Source: Azolla caroliniana (taxonomy: Eukaryota; Plantae; Polypodiophyta). From it: 64,000 nucleotides of DNA. A program made the translations under genes and the position numbers. Shown here in pieces: positions 48,904 to 58,963 of the stretch. Position 1 is the stretch's first letter; each line of letters opens with the position of its first letter. Under the pieces are notes generated by a model that was not told the DNA's origin, made no database searches, and saw only the letters and a list, made by a program, of their open reading frames with translations. The stretch is taken from NCBI GenBank assembly GCA_043228905.1, contig JBHGNT010000013.1, positions 6,262,001 through 6,326,000 on the forward strand, read 5' to 3'.

Positions 48904-50949
48904 TCACCCCCTCCAAACCCGCACATCCTCCGGTATGTGCCGAAGTTGTTGGTGTTTGTTAGTCTCCTCCGTCCGGTCTCTACCCGATTGGTTTCGTTGC
49001 CGGCTCGTAGTACCCTCGACTTCTCTTGTTATGTTGACTTTGTCTCTCCATTTGGAGCACATCCATTCTTTCCACCCGAACCATTGTCGCCATCCGATCC
49101 ACCATAGTCTTCGTTCGCTTTTTGCATGGCCCGCTTGGTCCTTGTCATCCGCGGTAGTATCTTTTCTTGCCCTCTTTCTTTTCTTCATCAATCTCGACTT
49201 CTTTTCGGATTTTCGGTTTAGTCGGATTAGCTTACTTCCGATTCGGTCTCGTCGGATCGTCTTTCGTTTAGTTCGGCTTCCTTTCCGATTTGTATTCGGT
49301 CGATCCGAACTCGGTTGATCAGTTTTTACCGATTCAGTGCTCTTTCGGGTCGGTTTCTTTTCTTTTCTTTTCGTCCGGATTTGCTTTCTTTTCTTCGTTT
49401 TCACCTGCCTTGTCCGGTTCGACTTTCGGCACTTCTTTCCGTTGTTCGCCACGTAGGTCCTCCGATATGTGCTCGTTGTTCGGTCCTCGTGTGGTTGTAA
49501 TGCATGCTTCTTTTCTCGTCGTAGCGCGTGCTTCTTTATTCGCCATAACACGCGTTTCTTTATTCGCCGTAGAGCGTGCTCTGTATTACGCGCTTCTCCC
49601 GTCGTAGACCCGACCTCCGCATTGTCGCACTTTCTTTTAGATTGGAATTTCGGATGGATCATTTTCCATCCGAACCGACTTCCGACTTTACCTTCCTCGC
49701 CGCCATCTCCCGTCTCTCCGGTCTCACGTTGGTTCTCGGACACAACCGCCGAAGTCTCTAGATATTGTTGGCATGAATCCTCGGTATTACCTTCTTTCGT
49801 AGTTTCACCCTTAGCATTCTTCTCGGCTATCTCTTCATCGTATTCGTCGGCTTCGACATTCGTTTTCTCTCCGCCACCTTCCGTCTCTTCGGTCTCACGT
49901 TGCCTTTCGATCGCAACCGCCGGAGTCTCTGGAATCAGTGGTGGGGAAGTCTCGATATGGCAATCCGCCATTGATTCGTCCATAGCCACCTCCGATTCGA
50001 TTTCGTCTTTTGTGGCTACCTCCTTAATCACATCCGCTTCACACTCTTTATCTGCATCAATTATGCAAACATCTATTATGCTTACCCCTTTTTGACCCGA
50101 TGTCTCGGGCACTTGTATCCCGAAATTTCCTTCTACACTTGAATTATCGGCCTTATCCTTCACCATCGTTCTTTCACAAGACGAGTGGGTGTCTTGTTCC
50201 ACTCTTTCTCCCGTGGTACCATCATGTTGTATTTCGGCCTTCATATTGGCTTCATCGTTTTTCCTCAATCGACCATCCTTCATGGGCCATGTCGTTGTTG
50301 ACGAGATTCTCAGCTTCCTTTCATCATGTCTTCGGCATACCCTTTCGACTTTAGCCCAATCCTCGGTAAGGCCGTTCGCACCATCATCATCTTCGAGTTC
50401 GATCCCAATGTCCATCCTTTCTTTCCGATCGATCGATCTTACGAACATTAAGACTTTATCTCCTCCCACCAATCTTCGTTCCCGCTCCGAGAGTCGAGCA
50501 AAACGATGCTCGAACTCTAGGAACGCTTGCGTTGCACTTCGGTGAGTCTTCTCTGACGCCACCCATTCGTCGAATTCTCGTCGATCTCGTCCCGTCCATC
50601 TCTCATAGTCATATGCCTCCCGTAAAGCTTCTTCAAAGGACTCCCATGTCGAGTTTTGTTGTTGTATCTTGTGGATTCTCTCTTGTAGTTCGTCCGAGGC
50701 CACCCGACTAAAGGATATCACTTGCAATCCTTCTGGTATCCCACATCGCATCATCTCCCCTTTGTAGTCACGTAGATAGCGTGACACGTCCTTTCCATCA
50801 AATTGCCCGTTCCGTTGTACGAGCCGCTTTACTGCCCCCGTGATCTCCGACATCACTCGTTGTTCTTGTAGCATCCGCTCGAACATCATCATCATTGTTA
50901 TACTCATTGCCTCTTGTTGATTCTCCATCTCCTTGCCACCCGCCTTCAC
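48904..50949 (-). CDS. Single ORF of the gag-only element: Gag-like N-terminal domain, acidic repeats and a very basic tail
   Basis: An uninterrupted 681-codon frame spans PBS to PPT. It contains the gag-capsid-like segment FDGKDVSRYLRDY...WESFEEALREAY. No PR, RT or INT motifs are visible. Confidence 0.8.
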   Translation of the reverse strand: MKAGGKEMENQQEAMSITMMMMFERMLQEQRVMSEITGAVKRLVQRNGQFDGKDVSRYLRDYKGEMMRCGIPEGLQVISFSRVASDELQERIHKIQQQNSTWESFEEALREAYDYERWTGRDRREFDEWVASEKTHRSATQAFLEFEHRFARLSERERRLVGGDKVLMFVRSIDRKERMDIGIELEDDDGANGLTEDWAKVERVCRRHDERKLRISSTTTWPMKDGRLRKNDEANMKAEIQHDGTTGERVEQDTHSSCERTMVKDKADNSSVEGNFGIQVPETSGQKGVSIIDVCIIDADKECEADVIKEVATKDEIESEVAMDESMADCHIETSPPLIPETPAVAIERQRETEETEGGGEKTNVEADEYDEEIAEKNAKGETTKEGNTEDSCQQYLETSAVVSENQRETGETGDGGEEGKVGSRFGWKMIHPKFQSKRKCDNAEVGSTTGEARNTEHALRRIKKRVLWRIKKHALRREKKHALQPHEDRTTSTYRRTYVANNGKKCRKSNRTRQVKTKKRKQIRTKRKEKKPTRKSTESVKTDQPSSDRPNTNRKGSRTKRKTIRRDRIGSKLIRLNRKSEKKSRLMKKRKRARKDTTADDKDQAGHAKSERRLWWIGWRQWFGWKEWMCSKWRDKVNITREVEGTTSRQRNQSGRDRTEETNKHQQLRHIPEDVRVWRG

Positions 50950-50962
50950 GTCGGGTTCACCA
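50945..50962 (-). other. Primer-binding site complementary to the 3' 18 nt of plant cytosolic tRNA-Trp
   Basis: The plus strand reads TTCACGTCGGGTTCACCA, the recalled 3' end of plant tRNA-Trp plus CCA. It lies 4 nt from the LTR. A near-identical copy is at 61950-61967. Confidence 0.85.
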
Positions 50963-51815
50963 ACTGTGTCGTGCCTTTCGGCTCCGGATCGTTGCGTGAG
51001 TCGGGTGGGAACCGCTGGGGTTTTGAACTAGGAAGAGGAGAGTTTTAAGGCTAATAAGAATATAAATATGTTGTAAGAAAGAGTTATAGCAAACTCGTGA
51101 ATCCCACAAGTGTATTGTATTAGATTAATCAATATGAATATAAGAATATAAACTTCGGTTGAAAGAGAATGATATAGAATTCTCGTGAATCCCACGAGTA
51201 TAGTTTATTAATTGGTGTTTTTTAGAAACATATCCAGTTTCCAAATATTTTTCACACACAATTACATTGTGCTCCCCATCCTTATGTAGTGATGAGGAAG
51301 TCTTAGTAATCCATGCTTTTTCTCTAACTATAGACCCCATGCTTTTCCTATAGATAGACTATATGCTTTATCTAAAGTGATCATGCTTTTTTTTAACTTG
51401 TGCGTTTTTTATCATGCACGCTAGATGTGTATGTGTAGCTTTTTCTTTTGTTATGCGTTTTTCTAATGTTTATCCTAGCGTGAATTTACCTTTCTATGTG
51501 GGACATCTATGCTTTAACACTAATGAAATGCTAGTGTAATGGTAAGACATTACATTATTAACATGGAGGTGCAAGGTTCGAATCTTGCCCTATGCATGTT
51601 CCATTTATTTTGCTATTTTCTTCTATTTCTTCATTTTTTATTGAATCTAATACTATATACGTTTTTCACGTAGTGTACAAAATACACTACGACAACGCTT
51701 CCGCAAACACTCACGATTACATGGTATCAGAGCGCGAGGGTTGAGAACCTCTACTGCAGACATTTACTCTTGAGAAGAAAACCCTAACAGGTCGAAAACA
51801 AACACAATAGAAGAC

Positions 51816-53023
51816 ATGGATAGAGGCATGGCTACGTCGCTCCCGGTGGAGAAGCTCGACAGGAGCAACTACGCATCCTGGTCTTACAAGATGCACCAGT
51901 ACCTGCTTGGACACGGGTACTGGAGTTATGTCGAAGGAGCGAATGATGCGGTGCCCGACTCGGCACACAAGGACTTCCCGGTATGGGAACAGGCGGCAAG
52001 CAGGGTGATGTACTGCTTCGCGTCCAGTGTCGGCGATCAGCTGCTCAGCCACATCCGTGACGCCAAGACACCGAAGGATGCTTGGGGGAACCTAAAAAAG
52101 GTTTTCGCCGCAAGCACCACTGCCCGGAAGCTGCAACTCAGACAGGAGTTGAGCAATGTTCGACAGAAGAACATGTCCGTGGTAGACTACACGGGCCGGA
52201 TAAAGGAGATCTGCAACTCGCTCGCCTCTATCAATGTTACCGTAGAGGAAGACGAGATGGTGCAGGTATGTCTCGGAGGCCTGGCATCCAAGTTCGGAGC
52301 ATTCCGGACTGCGGTGGGTACAAGGGAGAATACCCCCTCATTCTTCGACTTACAGTCGATGCTCCTTGTAGAGGAGAACCACGCCGATGCATCTACTAGT
52401 GCATCCCTGGACAGCCGAATGTTGTACACGGGAACAGATCGGCTCTGTGGGCATGGTGGAAGAGGTGGGTCGGCACGCAATGGAGGCGGTCGGCAAGAGC
52501 AGGAACAGAGGCATTATGAGCGTGCCGACAGCAGTTCCGGGACTTCCACAAGCAGGGGGAGTCAAGGCAGTGCCGGAGGCCGGCAAGACAAATCCGCTAC
52601 GGAATGCTGGTACTGTGGCAAAAAAGGCCACAGGGAAAGCGAGTGCTGGAGAAAGCGTGCCGATTCGGACAAATCCGGATCCAGCAAGACCGGTAAGGAT
52701 GGCCGGCAAAACTCGCACTACGCAAACGGATCAGGAGGATCCAGAACCGAAAAGGCCGGTAAGGGGCCAGCCTTGGTGATGAATCACAAGGCAAACTCAA
52801 TGAAGAAGACCACTTCCAAAACGGAGGAAGTCTGGTATGTTGATTCTGGCGCGTCGAACCACATGACGAGCCACAAAGAGTGGTTCTCCTTTCTGGAGAA
52901 ACCGGATCAACCAGGAGTAGTCGAAACCGGAGACGACACTCCTCACCGAATCGTGCACGTCGGAGAAGTCCCTCTAAGCCACGTCGGACAGAAAGGGAAG
53001 CTGATGAACGTATTACACGTTCC
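51816..53023 (+). CDS. Copia D gag-protease (interrupted by a solo LTR at 53024)
   Basis: MDRGMATSLPVEKLDRSNYASW, CWYCGKKGHRESEC and WYVDSGASNHM. Confidence 0.85.
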
Positions 53024-53690
53024 TGTAGAGAACTAGACGTTCCTTATGTCCGATGCTCGGCCACAACCGAGATTCTTTTCATACACAGAAAAGCAGGTAA
53101 TGAAACGTGACACAAAGGAGAGAAATGGTACACAGGAGGTTTACGTGGAAAACCCCAAAATAGGGGAAAAACCACGGCAGCCCACAGGCTGCAAACTGTC
53201 ACTATGTAGGAATATACAACAGTGAGTTCACTGAGGCAACGACCTCGTGCTCTCAGATCTTCGCCACAGGCGGCGGTTACAATAGAGGCAACGACCTCGT
53301 CTCTCTCCTTCTCTCTCTGTACAGTTACGCGCTCTTCTCTATCTTCTTGCACCAACAAGGAAGAATAACAACAATAATAACGGCTCTAATAAAAGTTTTC
53401 CCTAAGTCATATTTATACTAATATGACTTTTCGGCTATTTACAAATGTAGCCTCGATGGGCTCTCAGAAACATATTTACAAATATGTCTCTTCATCCGGT
53501 TCATACCGGGCCTACACCATCCGGCTCTCCGCAGTCGGGTACTCCCCATCCGGTTCATACCGGGCCTACACCATCCGGCTCTCAAAAGTCGGGTACTCCC
53601 CATCCGGTTCATACCGTTTCGGCCTCGGCCGAGTTTGTTCGTCGGCACTGTTCTTCTCCCTTCCCATCCAGAGGGACCAGTCTCCCAACA
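53024..53690 (-). mobile_element. Solo LTR (667 bp) with an internal 54-bp tandem repeat, inserted in copia D pol
   Basis: TG..CA ends and exact TSD GTTCC at 53019-53023 and 53691-53695. The 54-bp unit catccggttcataccgggcc... occurs about 2.3 times at 53493-53615. Confidence 0.85.
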
Positions 53691-56600
53691 GTTCCGACAA
53701 TCACGAAGAACCTGGTGTCCGTCGGTCAGATTGTCGACCAAGGGATGCAGGTGCGGTTTACGCACCTCGGGTGCTTCATGGAGGATGAGGGCGAAGTCAT
53801 TGCGCAAGGGCGCAGAGACGGGAGGATGTTTATCCTCAACACCAATGACTTTGGCACCGCTCTGTTCACGAAACGACAGAAGGTCGAGTCGGACATCGAC
53901 CTGTGGCACAAGCGGATAGGCCACGTCAACTACCGAAGGCTTCAGGACCTGCAAACGAAACAAGTCGTTTTCGGTTTGCCGAAGTTCAGCGGCCGGAGAG
54001 CCGAAATTTGTGAAGCCTGCCAACTTGGGAAGCAACACCGGCTTCCATTCCCCACCGAATGGAACCGGAGCCGTAACAAGCTCGATCTCATCCATTCGGA
54101 TGTGTGGGGACCGACACAAAGTGTAAGCCTTGGCGGGAGCCGATACTTCGTCTCCTTCATCGACGACTATACACGACATACTTGGATCTACCTCATTAAA
54201 AGCGAAGTCTTCGACTGTTTCCGGAGCCTCCAGAAGATGGTGGAACGGGAATCGGAGAGGAAGATCAAATGCCTTCGATCGGATGGCGGAAAGGAATATT
54301 TTTCCGGCCAATTCACTAGTTATCTGCAGCATAAGGGAATTCGGCGAGAGTTCAGCTGCAGATACACACCGGAGCAAAACGGTGTGGCCGAAAGGAAGAA
54401 CCGGACACTCGTCGAAGCGGCAAGGGCAATGCTGGAGGAGAAGAGCATGCCCCTGTTCTACTGGGCGGAGGCGGTCCAGACGGCCGTCTACATACAAAAC
54501 TGCATTGGTGACAAGGTGTCAGCTCATGAGCTGTATTTCGGGTGCAAGCCGAACTTAAGACACCTTCGGATATTCGGCAGCATAGCGTATGTGCATGTGC
54601 CGAATCAGAGGCGGAGAAAGCTGGATGCAAAATCGGAAAAATGCATCCTAGTCGACTATGCTCAAGAGCAAAAGGGGTATAAGTGCTTTAACCCCCGAAC
54701 GAAGGAAGTCCGAATTAGCCGGGATGTCGAGTTCGATGAATCGGCATCCTGGTACTCCGTACCGACTCCGACTTCCAATCCTGACCCAATGCCGGAAGAT
54801 CAGGCCAGTGAGCCGGAATCAGCCCTGGCAGTGGATGATGAAGCCGGGACTCAAGATGAGAGTTCGGAATCGTTACAGTTGAGTGGACCGAATGAGCGAC
54901 TGAGTCGGTTGGGCTAGTCGAATGAAGAGACGGAAAGTGGTGGAGACTCTGCCGTGCTCTCCCCGCACAAGGAACCGAGGAAACGGTTCACGCGCAAAGA
55001 GAAAGGGAAGAGGAAGATGCCGGAATTCGAAACCGGCAACGATGAGTCGGATCGGTGCGTATCCGACTCCGGAAAGGAGAAAGGCGGATCTTCGGCAACG
55101 AAGACCGAACTGGCCAAGAAGGGCCTCAAATCAGGTGACGGTGTGTTGCGCCGATCAACCGGCCAGAAGGATCCCGTCATGCGGTACGGGTACAATGAAT
55201 ACATGGCGCATCATTATGCGTACATGACTAAGGTGACCGAAGTGCGTGAGCCGAAGAGCTACGCAGAAGCGGCAAAGGACGCAAATTGGCGTGCCGCTAT
55301 GGACGACGAAATGCGGGCACTCGATGCCAACGAAACTTGGGACCTAATTCATCCTCCCTGTCACTATAAACCGATCGGATTCAAGTGGGTGTACAAGGTC
55401 AAGTACAACGCCGACGGTTCTATTAACCGGTACAAAGCCCGGTTAGTGGCGAAGGGATACGCGCAGACCCACGGAATCGACTACGACGAGACCTTCGCTC
55501 CTGTGGCGAAGATGACGACGGTTCGTGTGGTACTGGCGGTTGCTGCGGCAAGGGGGTGGCATCTTCACCAGATGGACGTGAAGAACGCCTTCCTTCAAGG
55601 AGAACTTGAAGAAGAAGTCTTTATGACTCAGCCCCCCGGATTTCAATCGGAGATGAACAAGTCGGCGGTATGCCGACTGAAGAAGTCGCTTTACGGCTTG
55701 AAGCAAGCCCCCTAAGCTTGGAACGCGAAGATCACACACCGGTTGCGTAAGCTGGGGTTTGCTGTCTCTAAGTCGGACTCTTCGTTGTTCATCCGGCAAG
55801 GCTCTGACGATCCGGTATGTATACTCTTGTATGTGGATGATTTAGTCATCACCAGACCAGGTCTTCCCGAAATCAACCGCGTCAAGTCCCAATTGTCGGA
55901 CGCATTCGAAATGAAGGACCTGGGGGACCTTCATTATTTTCTTGGGATCAAAGTGATCCAGACCCCCGACGGCATATTGCTCTCACAACGACATTACGTG
56001 TTGAATATGTTGTATAAGTTCAGCATGACGGATTGCCGACTTGTCTCCACCACCCCTGGACCGGAACCAGAAGCTCCGTCCCAACTCCAGACCGGCCTGC
56101 AATGAGAAACGGTTCCAACAGGTTGTCGGAAGCCTGATCTACTTAACCATCACCCGACCCGACATCAGCTATCCGGTCGGCATGGTAAGTCAGTTCATGC
56201 AGAAGCCGACCGTGGAGCATCTTCAGTGCGTGCAACGAATATTACGGTATGTCAACGGCACTAAGGACCGGGGACTGCTATACCGGCGAGGTATACCCGA
56301 CGAGCTTGTCGGTTACACAGATGCTGACTGGGCCGGCGATGCGTCTGATCGCCGCTCCACTTCCGGATACATGTTCTCTATAGGTAGCGTGGCCGTTGCG
56401 TGGAGCAGCAAGAAGCAGCCCACAGTGGCTTTGTCAAGCACTAAGGCTGAGTACCGGGCCACTACCGTTGCCACTTGTGAAGCCATCTGGCTTCGGCGAT
56501 TGTTGCGAGACTTGCGGATCGAGGTACCGACCCCGATCCCGATTTACTGCGATAACATGAGCAGCCTGCAGCTCGCCAGGAACCCTGTGTTCCATGCTCG

Positions 56601-58117
56601 CACAAAGCACATCGAGGTGCACTACCACTTCGTGCGTGAGCGGGTCCTGAGCGATGAAGTTGACCTACGGTATGTTCATACGGATCGGCAAGTTGCCGAC
56701 ATCTTCACCAAGCCGCTCGGATCGGACAAGTTGTAGCACTTTACCAACATGCTTGGTATTCAGCATCTCGACATGCCGCACTTGAGGGGGAGAAGCAAGG
56801 GCAAAGTCTCTACCGAAACGGGCAAAGGCCAAAAAAACTGTTGAACACGTCGGTAAGAGGAGAGCCGGAAGAAGAGGATACAAGAAGATGAAGGAAGCCG
56901 AGTCGACGAAGGAAGTCGACACATCCGAACAGGTCGGAGCAAGCGGCTATGAAGAAGAGTTGTGCACTCAGGAAGAGAAGTGCATGCTGTGCGGAGGTCA
57001 TCACGACGGTACTGGCCATGATGCGGAGTCGAATGAAGAATTCGATTTCGGTTCACCGGCTGAAGAAGCTGAAGGAAGCATGGAGAAGGCCAGGACTCGG
57101 AAGTGGTCCGATGTGGTGAGAGGCCTGAAGCCGGAAGTCGAATCGGAGTGTACCGATTCGGAGACAGCTGACTCAGATCAACAGATGGATCCGGATGAGT
57201 CGGATCGACTGAAGACCAAGGGGACACGGACACAGCGGAAGTCGATGCCATCGTGGGAGAACCGACGGATCGGCAAGCGCCGGAGTCACAGCAACGTGAG
57301 TGCTGAGATGGGCCTATTGAGCAGACATGCCGACCGAGAGGGTCGAGGCGCGCAGAACCGAAGGGGTCGCGTCGCGGCAAACGGGACCGGACCGGACTAG
57401 GAGCGCGAGCAAGGCGAAGTGACGCCAGGAGAAGTCGGTTGGAAGAACCGACTGCCACAAAGGTCGACACTACGACCCCACCTCAGGTTGAGCTTGAGGG
57501 GGAGTGTTGAGCGGCAAGCTCAACCGGAGCCGGATCGGCTGAATAAGCCGGAGCCGGTAAGCGAGACGGATCGGTATGACGGTGAGCAACCGAACCGGCA
57601 AGCAGTGGAGGCCGGGTGCAATCCGTAACCGGAAGTCCAATCGGAAGCCTAGTATAGGATAGACTACTAGGTAGCTATAGTCTCGTAGTAAGTGTTAGAT
57701 GCTCGTGTGAGCATTGAAGTACATGGTACTTCTGTTAGTCCCAAGAGGACTTGTATAAATAGTGCTACTTAGCACAATGTGTATACAGAGTCTTGATATA
57801 ATTTTGAAATTGTGTTCTGCTCTCTCTGTCTCTCTCGCTCTCTCTCTCTCTGTTGTTCTCTGTTTTACGCTTCCGCAAACACTCACGTTTACACGAACGA
57901 TGCTGACAGTATTCGACTTCCAGACAAGCACCATTAATGAATTTGTCGACCGGGTGGTAGAAATGGATAGGGCCTAGAATAGCAATCACATGGCGATGGG
58001 AGCTCTACAACGACCACTACCCAAAGAAGAGGACATGCGGTTTTGACAGGCAGTCCAATGTACAACGTGCCTCAACCCTGGTCACTCAACAATAGAATGC
58101 ACGAAGCGGACACAATG

Positions 58118-58573
58118 TGTTACGGGCATGACCATATAATATCCTGTGATGAGAATTTACCATAGTATTCTATACACGTGGATAAGTGTGAGGGTTAAAC
58201 AAGAGTGTAAAGAAGGGGAGGATTACTTTTAACCCTCGGGATTGAGACAACCCATTAGGCCAAGTGTGAAGTTGCCTAGGGGCCTTGGGTATCACTATAA
58301 ATAAGAGGCCTACCTACCCTCATTTCATCATCTTTTGACTACGTCAAGACTCTGTTCTTGTGGTGGGTCAACTCTTGTAGCAAGCGCGCCAACACCAAGT
58401 ACAACTCGACGCCACGGCGGTGGTATGGGACGCTGATCGAGGCTCAAGTCCGTTTCGATCCCTCTGCTCGAGGGTGGTCGGGTGGATCGGCACCCTTCTT
58501 TCTCTCTCTCCTTTCTCTCTCTCCTTTCTATCTATCTATTTATCATTCTTTTATCCTTATCATATGCTTACAT
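58118..58573 (+). mobile_element. Second, 3'-incomplete copy of the long-TIR element at 11910-12906
   Basis: tgttacgggcatgaccatataatatcc... aligns with the reverse complement of 12906-12575 and 12119-12030. It is followed about 20 bp later by tggtatcaaagc (iMet-PBS-like). Confidence 0.75.
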
Positions 58574-58963
58574 TAGGGCATATCTCTAATAGTTGGTATC
58601 AAAGCTTATGGTTCTAATGTTTCTTTTGTTGGTTTTCTCTTCTTGATTGATGGCGATCGATCAACATACGATCGACCTTGTTCCAAATAGAAATCATCAA
58701 CAAAGAAACTTTGGTAATCTTTCTTGGTTTTTTTTTTTTATATATTTCTTTTTCTCCCTTCTAATCATGTATATGGTCATATGTAAACTTTTTTTTCATT
58801 AATTCAATTATATTGTAGTGGTAATTAATTGGTTATATAAAACATTTACATATGTGCACGAGGTCAATACCTCATTTGACATATATTTAATATGTGATTA
58901 GTGTCGTATGCGTACGAGGTTAATACCTCAATTATGTATTACATTCAAAAACATAGGTTACGT

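Larger units (their letters stand above)
48175..51694 (-). mobile_element. Young gag-only LTR retroelement with tRNA-Trp PBS and 4-bp TSD
   Basis: 728-bp LTRs at 48175-48902 and 50967-51694 differ at only about 2 positions by eye. TG..CA ends, TSD ACGC, PBS at 50945-50962 and PPT gggtttggagggggtgag next to 48902. Confidence 0.93.
47763..57893 (+). mobile_element. Ty1/copia element D, full-length with few lesions
   Basis: LTRs are 47763-51721 (split by a nested element) and 57505-57893. TSD is cgatc/cgaac. There is a perfect iMet PBS tggtatcagagc at 51722-51733 and a PPT at 57494-57504. Domain order is gag-PR-INT-RT-RH. Confidence 0.95.
46600..58117 (+). mobile_element. Ty3/gypsy-like gag remnant split by copia D
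   Basis: 47330-47762 and 57894-58117 join into gag-like ...YPKYRDELD...FLQTWE...VFLAALQAPLR/TMLTVFDFQ...CTTCLNPGHSTIEC with stops. The left boundary is uncertain. Confidence 0.65.
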
